Virus record (IMG/VR): IMGVR_UViG_2698536590_000009
Span: 1-39,350 of that record
DNA: 39,350 nt
DNA from: a virus
Lineage: Duplodnaviria; Heunggongvirae; Uroviricota; Caudoviricetes
Direction: 5' to 3' (one strand)
The position numbers and the translations under genes were made by a program. Shown one piece after another: positions 1-9,300 of the stretch. How positions within the stretch are numbered: the stretch's first letter is position 1; every line of letters starts with the position of its first letter. Under the pieces are notes generated by a model. The model did not search any database. It had not been told where the DNA came from and worked only from the letters and a program-made list of their open reading frames with translations.

Positions 1-672
1 TCATTTGCTTTCAACTGAAATTGATATGTCATCATCAAAATCCTGTTCAGGGAAAATATCCGCACCTTCAAATTGCAGAGGAGCTAAAATAATTCGCTCA
101 CTCCACGCGCTTACTCTGGCAAATCCGTCCTGATTCACCATCCCTACCGGATACGACACCTCACAGCGAATTTCTTTATTTGCCGCATCATAATAATACA
201 GAACGATATAAGTTCGGGTGCTATCTATCGGCGTGATCTCAGCTTTGCCTGAATGTAAGGTATCTGCTTGGAACATATCGAATGTACCCGGATTGTTGTG
301 AACAATCGAGCGAGTTGCCTCTCCCTTTGCATTTTTGGTTTTAGGCAATCCATCAGGACGCCCGGTATGTCCGTCACCTGAGGTAATAATCAGATTAACC
401 CCTTTGCTTGAATTAACGACCATTTCCATGCGATTGACTACTTCAGAAGACCAGCCGTTACCCTTACCAATCAGAATACGGCGAAGCGCGGCAACCATCT
501 CACTCCAAAAGCGGAATCCAGCATCCACTTTAGGGTGGAGCTTACTGGATTTGCGTCGCTCGTATAAAGCAGACATTAACGCATCGCGAATATCATTTTC
601 TGTAAAGCCCAGTTTACTAAGTACAAAATCCGAATCAATTCCTGTATGCAGAACACAATGAGGCATATTCAT
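1..672 (-). CDS. Hypothetical protein, accessory gene distal to the tail-fibre module (function unknown)
   Basis: Track ORF 1..690 (GTG start); more likely ATG at 672 preceded by GGGAGAA Shine-Dalgarno; stop TGA at 1-3; no recognisable motif. Confidence 0.45.
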   Translation of the reverse strand: MNMPHCVLHTGIDSDFVLSKLGFTENDIRDALMSALYERRKSSKLHPKVDAGFRFWSEMVAALRRILIGKGNGWSSEVVNRMEMVVNSSKGVNLIITSGDGHTGRPDGLPKTKNAKGEATRSIVHNNPGTFDMFQADTLHSGKAEITPIDSTRTYIVLYYYDAANKEIRCEVSYPVGMVNQDGFARVSAWSERIILAPLQFEGADIFPEQDFDDDISISVESK

Positions 673-694
673 GAAAGTTTCTCCCATCACTTTT

Positions 695-737
695 ACTTCT
701 TGATTTTATCATAAAATTTATGAAAAAATCAAGAAGT
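695..737. promoter_or_regulatory. 13-bp perfect inverted repeat (ACTTCTTGATTTT / AAAATCAAGAAGT, 17-bp spacer) immediately upstream of the 1..672 gene; candidate operator
   Basis: Read directly from sequence; AT-rich, not followed by a U-run on either strand so unlikely to be an intrinsic terminator. Confidence 0.3.
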
Positions 738-908
738 GACACCCTACAAGCGATTGTAGACTTTCTCTTGTTTTCTTACGTTCCTGCTCTCCAATTGCGC
801 AATTGATTTCTTCAACAATGTGAGAGTACACATCATAAACCTCCGACTGCAGCCAGCAACCGGAGCCTCATTCTTCAGATACCAGAACAACTCACTGCGA
901 CCTATTCG

Positions 909-1265
909 TTACTCAACATTAAATGCTCGTATCGCATCTAAATCCTCCAGAGTGTCTAACGCTTCTTTCTTCTCTCGCTGACGGCGATAAATCTCGTCAT
1001 TGCGTTCAACAACAGCCTGCGCCATTGCTGCTGCCAGTTCTTCCGGTTCCGGCATTGACAGCTTCACCTGCTGGTTTTCCGCATCGCCCCATACCATGGT
1101 TTTTCGCGCTGTGTCAGACTTTGATGCCATTACTGCCGGATAAAGACGAGCCATTGAGTCGGGGCCAGCATTCCAGGTGCGACCGTTCCATTCGAACGTG
1201 AACGGCTGCGCTTCCTGTTCTGTGCTCCACACCTCGATTTCCCGCTTTCTGGCATCCTTTCCCAC
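909..1265 (-). CDS. Hypothetical protein (118 codons, GTG start, no obvious SD); possibly the remnant of a longer degraded gene
   Basis: Track ORF; a second minus-strand ORF 1130..1507 in another frame overlaps it, hinting at a frameshifted ancestral gene. Confidence 0.3.
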   Translation of the reverse strand: MGKDARKREIEVWSTEQEAQPFTFEWNGRTWNAGPDSMARLYPAVMASKSDTARKTMVWGDAENQQVKLSMPEPEELAAAMAQAVVERNDEIYRRQREKKEALDTLEDLDAIRAFNVE

Positions 1266-1665
1266 GGCGATAAGTTCTGACGTGACGGTGAATGCAGGGC
1301 TGTCCAGTGGCGCTTTTGTTTTCGTCTCGTCCGTGACGGTTTTGACAGCCTTTGGCGTGGCTGCCAGTTCTTCGCTGTCGTTGTCTGTATCACTACAGAG
1401 TTGCGCCAGACCTTTTTTGTCGTGGAAGCATTGCTTCCCTTCAGATCATCAACTATCCATTGCGCCTCGTCCCTGTGCTGTTTCGCGCTCTGCTGCGCCT
1501 GCACCACAGTTTCCTGTCACCACATCGGCAACTGTGCGCATCACACCTCTGAGGTGTTTACCCGGGATTTCAGAGTTATGTGGCATCCGTACATGGGGAT
1601 GCCTGCGCCATCAATCAGTGCACCTGATATCACTACAGACATAGTTTTTCTCGCGATAAATTAAA

Positions 1666-2211
1666 TCAGGAAGAGGCTTCCAGAGAGACGGGCCATTCAA
1701 TGGCGTTATATGAGGTTTTATCAGTGATGGTGCTGAAATCCATCGCCTGCAGCGATTTCGCGTAAATGCGGTACGCTTTCAGCTTCTCCCTGTCGTCGTC
1801 ACTGATTAATCCCAGCAGCAGGTCTTTTTCCCATTCGCTGGTCATGATGCTGACCCGTTGTAACAGGGCATCGCGCTCATCTTCCGCTTTAAGTTTGTAG
1901 TCGAAGACAAATTTATCGTCGCGGTAAAACCAGTAACCAGGCACGGTAATACGGCGGTTAGCGGTAATATCAGGAACTTCAATAACACTGGCGTTACGGG
2001 GTTCAATGCCTGTCACATCCTTACCGACCCAAACCACGCGCCCGTCTCCGGTGTAAACCATTTTTATGGTGTCACTGGCAAAATTTTTCAGCTCTTCATA
2101 CCAGTTTTTGTCATCTTCCGAAAAAAGCCAGGTGATACCATGTTGTTTTGTCATCTGATATTGTTCTGCGGTTTTCGGATTGCCTGCAGTAATATTTTTT
2201 AAATGCAACAT
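1666..2211 (-). CDS. Tail fibre assembly protein (Tfa-like chaperone)
   Basis: 181 aa directly downstream of tail fibre gene; C-terminal region with conserved-looking ...YR...IEWP tail resembling lambda/Mu Tfa family. Confidence 0.75.
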   Translation of the reverse strand: MLHLKNITAGNPKTAEQYQMTKQHGITWLFSEDDKNWYEELKNFASDTIKMVYTGDGRVVWVGKDVTGIEPRNASVIEVPDITANRRITVPGYWFYRDDKFVFDYKLKAEDERDALLQRVSIMTSEWEKDLLLGLISDDDREKLKAYRIYAKSLQAMDFSTITDKTSYNAIEWPVSLEASS

Positions 2212-2213
2212 TG

Positions 2214-3767
2214 TTAAACACTCGCCACGTTATACCAGGTGCCGTTAATCAGTTTCTGAAGCGGTCGGTAATACACGCCGTTGACGTTATCCGCTGAATT
2301 TTTACCAGTATCCGATATCGATATCCCTGACAATCCGTGTCCCGCAGGAGCGTGATATGTCCAGGAGATTACATTGCTGCCAGGTTTGTAATACATTTCG
2401 GAACCATAGCGCACATCCTGCACGCCGCCATTTCGCTGCTGATAACGGGCATCGAAATTTCCATAGTTTGATGGGGTCATCTGTCCGTTTACAGCGAATG
2501 TGATACTGCCATCGGTATTTCTCTGGCTGTAAAAATGCCAGCCGGAATCATCACCAAGCTCTGCAACTACAGGTCGGGATGAATTACCCCATAAATTAAA
2601 CGTTGCGTTTTTCGTGGAGTTGTTGGCGCTGGATAACGTGAATTTTTTAGCATTTCCGGCCTGAATATTTTTTAACGCTATCGCCACACCATTCTGGAAA
2701 CGAAATACATGCTGTCCATTCGCATAAACATCCAGAATGCCGTCGCCGTTTTGTTTTATACCTGTATCGTTATCCCCGAAAGCAATTGAGTTTCCGCCCA
2801 GCGCGTTCTTAACGCCGATACCCAGTGCACCATTGACCTGAGAACCACCGCCAACAGACACTTTATGCGACATGGATATCTCTCCTGTCCGCAAATTAAT
2901 GGTGAGCGGACGCAGGGGACCAATATCTCCATTCTCGCCCTGACCTTCACTAGTAGGGATAAGGTGCAGGCACTCTTCAGAACGGCGAAAAATAAGGCCA
3001 AAAGCCTCGTTAAAAATCCTCAATGCATTAACACCACGTATTTTCAGCTCCCCGGTCATCAAATCACCAGATTTTTTTACATATCGCAGATCAAAATCTG
3101 AATAGATATTGCCGGGGTTTATCACACTGAAATAGCTTTTCTCGCTATCAAGAAGGCAAATCAAAGGAATACCCTTAATGATATCATTCGCTACCAGCTC
3201 GGACTTGTTCCCCTTATAAAGTGGGAACGTACCAAGAACCTTTCCGCCTAGTGTTAGTTGAAGTGTCGCCGCGTTGGTATTGTTCTGAACGGGGAAAACT
3301 ATAATCGGAGTTCGTAGCGTCCAATCTGTACCTCCATTAACAAAAAACGTCGAGGGAAGTTCCAGCGTCAGTGCGTTTGCAGTGCCACCAGTAACACCCG
3401 CAATATAATGACCGCTCTGAAGCTGCGCTATCTGTACGAAATAGTTTTCCGATCCACGCGTGGCAAAGTTAGCCACAACGTCATTAAGGGACCAACCTTT
3501 CGCGGTTGTTCCTTCCTGCCCACGAATGACTTTCAGCACATCACCGCTTACCGATACCAGGTGACAAATCTCAAATGCAGACTCTTTATTATCGGTAAGC
3601 GTAATTTTTGCATAGACGCGTTGCCCGTTCGATTTATTTTCAAAATCGGCAGAAAGCAATTTTGCAAATTTAGCTCCCGTGCCCGGCATCACCGGAATAT
3701 CAGTCTGAATCGTCGTAATATCACCAGCCAGTGCTGAAACAACGTTATTTCCGAATCCAAGAATCAT
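2214..3767 (-). CDS. Tail fibre protein
   Basis: 517 aa, Gly/Asn/Ser-rich repetitive C-terminal half, located between baseplate genes and tfa; 4-nt overlap with upstream gene. Confidence 0.75.
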   Translation of the reverse strand: MILGFGNNVVSALAGDITTIQTDIPVMPGTGAKFAKLLSADFENKSNGQRVYAKITLTDNKESAFEICHLVSVSGDVLKVIRGQEGTTAKGWSLNDVVANFATRGSENYFVQIAQLQSGHYIAGVTGGTANALTLELPSTFFVNGGTDWTLRTPIIVFPVQNNTNAATLQLTLGGKVLGTFPLYKGNKSELVANDIIKGIPLICLLDSEKSYFSVINPGNIYSDFDLRYVKKSGDLMTGELKIRGVNALRIFNEAFGLIFRRSEECLHLIPTSEGQGENGDIGPLRPLTINLRTGEISMSHKVSVGGGSQVNGALGIGVKNALGGNSIAFGDNDTGIKQNGDGILDVYANGQHVFRFQNGVAIALKNIQAGNAKKFTLSSANNSTKNATFNLWGNSSRPVVAELGDDSGWHFYSQRNTDGSITFAVNGQMTPSNYGNFDARYQQRNGGVQDVRYGSEMYYKPGSNVISWTYHAPAGHGLSGISISDTGKNSADNVNGVYYRPLQKLINGTWYNVASV

Positions 3768-4390
3768 TTTTGAATCACCGTTGTTGCATAGGAATAAATA
3801 AAAGGGAGTTTTACATATTTCTGGTCAATGGCATCTTTCAGAAAATAGCCTATACCATCACCATATTCTGGTATCTGAATAGAAAAAACACTGTCCGATA
3901 CAGTCACGCTCACATCAAAAGTGTGCTGCAACGGCGGGTCTATTCCGTTTTTCCCATGAATGAACCGTGCCACACGGCGCTTTAACCAGTCAATGCAGAA
4001 ATGCGAACCGTCAGCCTTATAAAAATTCCAAGTTAATATTCGCTTGAAATAATCATCCGGAACATACGATGCCTGCCCCGGAACATAATTCCGCATTGCC
4101 GCATAAGGGATTGTATTGTATTCAATGGTATCGTATGCGCCGCGTGCAATAGCCTCCTCGGAAACCTGTAGTAAAGGCCTTTCAACGCCATAAATCCCGA
4201 GAGCAATCCAGTCCAGCAATTGCCCGGTTATTGATTCCGATGTCCAGCATGGCAATGCCAGATTGTTGAGTGAATCGAGGTATTCCTGAGCAATTTCATT
4301 GTATGCATCAAAGAACGCAACAACATTCGGATCATCTCTGTACTGCACAAACGGATAAGCAGGGAGAATTTTTTCAGTCAGATATTGCAT
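3764..4390 (-). CDS. Tail/baseplate protein (Mu gp48 / P2 gpI-like)
   Basis: Position between J-like gene and tail fibre; track ORF extends to 4498 but overlap with J favours ATG at 4390; exact start uncertain (no clear SD). Confidence 0.55.
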   Translation of the reverse strand: MQYLTEKILPAYPFVQYRDDPNVVAFFDAYNEIAQEYLDSLNNLALPCWTSESITGQLLDWIALGIYGVERPLLQVSEEAIARGAYDTIEYNTIPYAAMRNYVPGQASYVPDDYFKRILTWNFYKADGSHFCIDWLKRRVARFIHGKNGIDPPLQHTFDVSVTVSDSVFSIQIPEYGDGIGYFLKDAIDQKYVKLPFIYSYATTVIQK

Positions 4391-5600
4391 ACTTGTTAAC
4401 TTGAACCTGTGATACCACCGTCGAAAAATAGGAATAGGTATCGCCATAAACCAGGCTTGTGTCTTTTGCCGGAGGAACAATATGGCCATTAATGCCAATG
4501 CTCACACTGATTGTTGAGATCAACGTCGCATCAACCAACAATCTGACGGAACTGGTAAAAATATCCTGGATTCGCAGCAGATTTATCGGGTGTCCGACTT
4601 CAATAGAATTGATGTAATCAGCAACGTTTTGCTGCACAGCCATAGCAATACCCGCCGGATCAACATAATCATCAGATACAGTGTTCCAGGTGATTAGCAC
4701 CATGACGTTTTGTGATGACGGGATAACGAACGGTACCTGATAAACATCTGGCGAAACGGTTATTGAAACCGTGCGTTTTTCCACTGCCGCACCAGATGGA
4801 TTGCTAACATCGTTGGTCAGTTTCGAAATATCCGGTACAGATTTGTAAATAGCATAAGCCACATCATACGGATCACCGCCACCAACAACCGCAACCCATT
4901 TCCCCAGCGACGACTGCCGGAAAGAAATCAGGTTTTCTCGCACACCGCTTACTGATTTGAGCATCGCTTTAAAGCAATCCGGTGTTCCCTGCACACCAAA
5001 CATGCCGGACTCCATGACTTCGGCGCGGTAAGATGCCCACGTTTGCGCCTCCTGACCTGGCATCCCTGCGGTAAGGTTCGTGCATTTTACAGGCTGATCT
5101 TTGGGTACCGATGTAATGACCTGCGTTACGGTTCCTTCCGGTACAGCCCATGAGCCTGACGTTGTGGCCACACAGTAGACTGGCTCAGTCTGCCCGCTTT
5201 CCGGCACCACCGTATCGCGGGAAACTGCATACTGGTAGTTGCCGTCACCGACAACAAATCCTTTAGGGATACCAAACCCCGGCAACGCCTCAAACACCAC
5301 GTATACCGCCGTATTTGTACTTAATCCCTTCTGTGCTCCATAAATGTTTCCGAGTTGCATCAGTAACGGAATATTTGCGCCGTATGGGCTTACGGAGTTA
5401 ATAAGGTCCACCCGCGCCTGGTCTATTAATGCCAGCGCCCCGACAGCCGTGCTGGCAAGGTCTGTAATAAGCCCCGCCGGAAGGTTGGCTGTATATCCAG
5501 GTACTTTTTCGGCAACTCTGGTGATAAGATTCGCGAGCAAATCATTGGGTGGCGTAGGCTGCGCCCCCGCACTGGTCATAGTAATTGGTATTTCTGACAT
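4374..5600 (-). CDS. Baseplate J-like protein (Mu gp47 / P2 gpJ family)
   Basis: 408 aa, conserved position downstream of W-like gene; GGAG SD before ATG at 5600. Confidence 0.75.
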   Translation of the reverse strand: MSEIPITMTSAGAQPTPPNDLLANLITRVAEKVPGYTANLPAGLITDLASTAVGALALIDQARVDLINSVSPYGANIPLLMQLGNIYGAQKGLSTNTAVYVVFEALPGFGIPKGFVVGDGNYQYAVSRDTVVPESGQTEPVYCVATTSGSWAVPEGTVTQVITSVPKDQPVKCTNLTAGMPGQEAQTWASYRAEVMESGMFGVQGTPDCFKAMLKSVSGVRENLISFRQSSLGKWVAVVGGGDPYDVAYAIYKSVPDISKLTNDVSNPSGAAVEKRTVSITVSPDVYQVPFVIPSSQNVMVLITWNTVSDDYVDPAGIAMAVQQNVADYINSIEVGHPINLLRIQDIFTSSVRLLVDATLISTISVSIGINGHIVPPAKDTSLVYGDTYSYFSTVVSQVQVNKYAISD

Positions 5601-5612
5601 ATTTACTCCATT

Positions 5613-5638
5613 AAAAAACCCGCTTTCGCGGGTTTTTT
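5613..5638 (-). terminator. Intrinsic terminator-like hairpin (AACCCGC-TTTC-GCGGGTT flanked by A6/T6; bidirectional) between accessory gene and baseplate J
   Basis: Seen in sequence: perfect GC-rich stem with U-run on both strands, 2 nt after stop of 5641..6801. Confidence 0.5.
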
Positions 5639-5640
5639 AC

Positions 5641-6801
5641 TTATTCAACCTCTTCTAAACTGCTCACTCTGGACCCTCGGCGGAAATTATCATCATTTTT
5701 AACATACTCATATGAATCCAGAATCAAACCAGATATGCGAAGTATATCTTCCGGATTAGTTATATGTATCCTTTTACCATCCGTATCAAGTCGAGCTCGT
5801 CTTATTTCATTCAACTGAACTTCACTAAGCGAAATAGGTAATGTTATAAATGAAGATTTTTTATCATAAAATCTTAACAGCCATCTATTAGTTTTACCAT
5901 TCAATAGTACACCAAAATATGACTCAGTATCTTTATATTCTATATTATCTTCTGTTTGTATGATTTGTTTTACCCTTTCAAATAGTTCCAATTCTTTGGC
6001 TGTGGTTATTATGTTGGGGTTTTCTTCATCAACAATGGCGTTATTAACTTGTGTATCCGTTGCATCATTTTCTTTAGTTTGCTCTACCGGTTGTGTAGAT
6101 AGCCCGGAAACCACCATTGCGCTAACAGCGCGCTCAACGGCCTGTTTAACTAATGGAGTCACGAACTCAAGAAATCTCTGATTAAGTTGTCTCTCAATAT
6201 TTGAACGACTAGCAACATATCGAACAAACTCCAGATCAACTTCACGAAGACTAGAACTGATTGTTTTAGTAAATGAATTCAAATAAACACTTTCTTCAGC
6301 CAGTGTCCGTAAAGCCTCTGGTTTGAATTTATCATAACGAAAACGAAATAATTGTGTAATATCGGAGTGAGTTAGAGAATCCATTCTTATTTTTAAAAAC
6401 GGCGTTGAATCCATTATGTTTTTTTGTTTCAAATCCGTAAAAAAACGCCATTCAACACCATTTGTAATGGCTGATATAGTAACTTCCGGTGTTGAATTAA
6501 AATATCTTGATAGCTGTGGGCAGTGATTATCAATTTGTTCTGAAAACGATTTCGCCTCAATGAACATCACAGGAACATCATGACAAAATAAAGCGTAATC
6601 AACCCGTTCATTAGCCTTAACCCCGGGGAAGTCAGCACTATACTCAGCTTTGACTTTTCTTGGATCATACGGAGTAAAACCAAGAATATCTAGTAATGGC
6701 ATAATGAGTGCTTGTTTTGTCGTTTCTTCAGTTGTACAAAACACCCCCATTTTTGCAACATGCTCTGTGTGTATTTTTAACTTATTTGCAAAATTTTCCA
6801 T
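5641..6801 (-). CDS. Restriction-endonuclease-fold protein: N-terminal type I restriction enzyme HsdR-N-like PD-(D/E)xK domain plus uncharacterised C-terminal domain; accessory (moron) gene, candidate anti-phage defence
   Basis: N-terminal motif pattern ...ALIMPLLDILGF...RVDYALF...VMFIEAKS...ITNGVEWRFF matches HsdR_N-type nuclease signature (recollection); AT-rich relative to flanking tail genes; own GGAGGAG SD (start likely ATG 6801, track start 6816), own terminator. Confidence 0.6.
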   Translation of the reverse strand: MENFANKLKIHTEHVAKMGVFCTTEETTKQALIMPLLDILGFTPYDPRKVKAEYSADFPGVKANERVDYALFCHDVPVMFIEAKSFSEQIDNHCPQLSRYFNSTPEVTISAITNGVEWRFFTDLKQKNIMDSTPFLKIRMDSLTHSDITQLFRFRYDKFKPEALRTLAEESVYLNSFTKTISSSLREVDLEFVRYVASRSNIERQLNQRFLEFVTPLVKQAVERAVSAMVVSGLSTQPVEQTKENDATDTQVNNAIVDEENPNIITTAKELELFERVKQIIQTEDNIEYKDTESYFGVLLNGKTNRWLLRFYDKKSSFITLPISLSEVQLNEIRRARLDTDGKRIHITNPEDILRISGLILDSYEYVKNDDNFRRGSRVSSLEEVE

Positions 6802-6829
6802 GCTTGTCTCCTCCATGGTAACAATATGT

Positions 6830-6860
6830 ATTTTGCAAATCCGAAATAATATATGTCAAT
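6830..6860 (-). promoter_or_regulatory. Candidate sigma70 promoter for the accessory nuclease gene (perfect -35 TTGACA at 6860..6855; weak -10 about 17-19 bp downstream)
   Basis: Sequence inspection only; -10 element poor, so low confidence. Confidence 0.25.
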
Positions 6861-6949
6861 ATGCTCCAGCTTAGAAAATTACTCGCCCCCTAAAATATCT
6901 CTCTACAGCACTCCAAACCAAGGTAAAAGTTTTATCATAAAACTGTGAT

Positions 6950-7297
6950 TCATACCGGCACCTGCGTCCGGTAACTGGTCCCATTAAAAAACACAACATC
7001 GATGTTATAGGTGGGGTTATCTGCTCCATCTACCTTTGAAATTGCCAGTGATGCAAAATACCCAGCAAACTGTTGCTGAACCATGTTCACATAGTAGTCT
7101 GGGTAAATCTGCTGCACGATGCACTGCTGTGCAGGAATACCGTAATTCGCGTAAAACGGCGACTCCCCCAATCCCAGCTTTAACGTCTGAATGAGCGTCG
7201 TCAGCCAGCCGTAGGAGAAATCACCGTTGGCGTCAGATTCTACTGCAACCCATTTTTTGTTGCCGTTCGCGTCGGTGACGCGGCCCCATGTTCTCAT
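6950..7297 (-). CDS. Baseplate wedge protein (gpW / T4 gp25-like, Mu GP46 family)
   Basis: 115 aa; LGLGESPFYANYG segment resembles the GE(R/S)P..P.(F/Y)G signature of gp25/W-family proteins; position upstream of J. Confidence 0.65.
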   Translation of the reverse strand: MRTWGRVTDANGNKKWVAVESDANGDFSYGWLTTLIQTLKLGLGESPFYANYGIPAQQCIVQQIYPDYYVNMVQQQFAGYFASLAISKVDGADNPTYNIDVVFFNGTSYRTQVPV

Positions 7298-7425
7298 CGT
7301 GCCCCCATCACTTTAACTAACTCTGTCAGTACTGGTGAAAAGGCAAATGCTAAAGCTACGAGTGCAGCGGTGTAATACATGCGTCGTAAGGTATTGCTTT
7401 TTGCCACTAATTTTAAGGCTTTCAC
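7294..7425 (-). CDS. Possible small hydrophobic peptide (43 aa from GTG 7425 with GGAGGAG SD), stop overlapping the W start (ATGA)
   Basis: Track lists a 67-codon TTG-initiated ORF 7294..7497 without SD; shorter GTG-initiated version has good SD; one predicted TM segment; could be non-coding. Confidence 0.25.
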   Translation of the reverse strand: MKALKLVAKSNTLRRMYYTAALVALAFAFSPVLTELVKVMGAR

Positions 7426-7511
7426 AATCCAGTCTCCTCCGCTAAAATTAATCACGGAAGACCTCCAAACATACGTAATCATCCCTTGCGTATTCAAGGT
7501 GAGAAACAGAA

Positions 7512-7539
7512 CCCCCCGACTGGGCCAACAGTCGGGGGG
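7512..7539 (-). terminator. Strong hairpin (CCCCCCGACTG-GGCCAA-CAGTCGGGGGG) in the 283-bp gap between baseplate V-like and W-like genes; possible internal (attenuating) terminator
   Basis: 11-bp perfect GC-rich stem seen in sequence; trailing U-run on minus strand only moderate. Confidence 0.35.
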
Positions 7540-7579
7540 TTCGTTTTATGGTTAGAATTTAAAGTGAAATGAACCGGTA

Positions 7580-8293
7580 TTAACCAGGATTTGGTTTCTT
7601 CGACGTAATCGTGCTGCTGCCGCTTTGAACACCAGTCACATCGTGGCTGTGGCCGCTGACGCTCACGCCGTTGATAACTGCATCCATCTCGACATTAAGA
7701 GGACCAATCAGCGAAGCGGTTGTATCCTTCATCTGGGCTTTGTCCTGGACGATCGGTCCGTTGAGGTGAATTTTCCCGTTCAGGAAAATATCTTCGGCCT
7801 CGAGGTAAACAGCTTTCGACTTTTGCCTGATTTCTTCCAGAGCCACCATTACCGAGCTACTGCCGTCCTCTGTTTTGAGGATCGCGCCATCCGGACCGTA
7901 CAAAACGATTTTTTGCGGATCTTCGTCGGACCACTCCTTGTTTGCCAGTGGCACGAAAAACAGGGGAGTGAGCGACATCGAGTAAGAAAGCGTTGCCATA
8001 CCGGTTCCCAATCCGGACACACCGCGCAGTGATACATCAGCGGCAATTGTTACTCCTCGATCGCCCGGCTGTATCGGGTAACGGATATACGGGAATGTGG
8101 CGACAGGGATTGTTATCTGCGGGAAGTTGATCCCCTCCGGCAGCATATCAAACTGAACTGTCACTATTTGCCCGCAGATATCGACAACATGGCAGGGCAA
8201 TTCGCGGCCTTTAAGCTCGGCTTGCTGGTTACCAGAACTGGTCATCATCTCCGACAGTGTTCGGAGAAACGGTAATTTTTGAGCGTTTGACAT
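7580..8293 (-). CDS. Baseplate assembly/spike protein (gpV / Mu gp45-like)
   Basis: 237 aa, position between hub-like gene and W; family assignment by position and general resemblance. Confidence 0.5.
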   Translation of the reverse strand: MSNAQKLPFLRTLSEMMTSSGNQQAELKGRELPCHVVDICGQIVTVQFDMLPEGINFPQITIPVATFPYIRYPIQPGDRGVTIAADVSLRGVSGLGTGMATLSYSMSLTPLFFVPLANKEWSDEDPQKIVLYGPDGAILKTEDGSSSVMVALEEIRQKSKAVYLEAEDIFLNGKIHLNGPIVQDKAQMKDTTASLIGPLNVEMDAVINGVSVSGHSHDVTGVQSGSSTITSKKPNPG

Positions 8294-9300
8294 TACACCC
8301 TCGCCCAGTTCTCAGCATATGCCTCAAATACCGTCACCCAGGCATCGCCATCGGCTGTCAGATACGAACCAATGTGTCTGACTGATTTCACAAGAAATTT
8401 CCCGGTGAACGTGGTCGAATTTTTTGCGATAACGCTGGGTACCGTTGTATTAGCCATCACAATCGACGCAGCGCCAGAATATAGCCCCTCCGGCAGTTTA
8501 ACCACATCACCACATCTGATATCGCCTCTCATAGGGCATTTGAAACTGACGGTAAACGGCGCTATCCATGTCGGCTGCCCGACCAGTTCATGGGCATGAA
8601 TTGTTTTTGGCTCACCCCACTTTGCCGATGCGTTATCGTAGATTCGTATTCTGTCGGAAAGAATACTGATGGCGATTCCGCTATACCTTTCATTACGCAT
8701 CATCGCAATAGAGGCGTTTTTTACGACCATAGCCAGCGAACCAATCTCCGTATATTTGCCCGTCCACGGCTCTGGCAAAACCAGGTTGTCGCTGACTGTG
8801 CAATCAATAAGTTTATTGGGATATGCTTTTTGCAAAGCGCGGACTAAAACATCGCCCACCCTTTCCCCTGCTTCCCCCTGCCCCTCAATTGAAAAAGGTT
8901 TACCGTCATCGGTTTTGCGTATGCTTGGATTTATTACCAGGTTTAAAGTCTGGTTCGTGCCGATCCAGTTGGCATAGGCCAGATAAATTTCACCATAGAT
9001 TACCTCCCCCTGTTGATCCTTATTTGCCAGTGGTAACCCCTGAACAAAGCCTGCTTTCATACGTACCAGACAACCCTGCAAACTTACGCTTTGCTTCAGC
9101 ATGTCAATTGGTAATCCATAGATCGTCAGCATCGTACCCGAACAGACTACATCCAGGCCGGTTACTTCAAAGTCAAATTCAACATGCAACCCACATCCTG
9201 GTGTTTCATTGGTATCAAAAGGTCCAATGGGTTTTCCATTGCTATCCACTGGCGGCTTGCCTGTTTTAGGATTAATAATTTCCAGTCGGTAATAACGCAT
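8293..9300 (-). CDS. Baseplate hub protein (late control D / Mu gp44-like)
   Basis: 335 aa, downstream of tape measure and small tail genes; assignment mainly positional. Confidence 0.45.
   Translation of the reverse strand: MRYYRLEIINPKTGKPPVDSNGKPIGPFDTNETPGCGLHVEFDFEVTGLDVVCSGTMLTIYGLPIDMLKQSVSLQGCLVRMKAGFVQGLPLANKDQQGEVIYGEIYLAYANWIGTNQTLNLVINPSIRKTDDGKPFSIEGQGEAGERVGDVLVRALQKAYPNKLIDCTVSDNLVLPEPWTGKYTEIGSLAMVVKNASIAMMRNERYSGIAISILSDRIRIYDNASAKWGEPKTIHAHELVGQPTWIAPFTVSFKCPMRGDIRCGDVVKLPEGLYSGAASIVMANTTVPSVIAKNSTTFTGKFLVKSVRHIGSYLTADGDAWVTVFEAYAENWARV

Noticed and set aside
5641-6816. Accessory nuclease-fold protein as part of a complete type I restriction-modification system
   Set aside because: No methyltransferase (HsdM), specificity (HsdS) or ATPase/helicase motifs in this or neighbouring ORFs; only the N-terminal nuclease-like domain is recognisable
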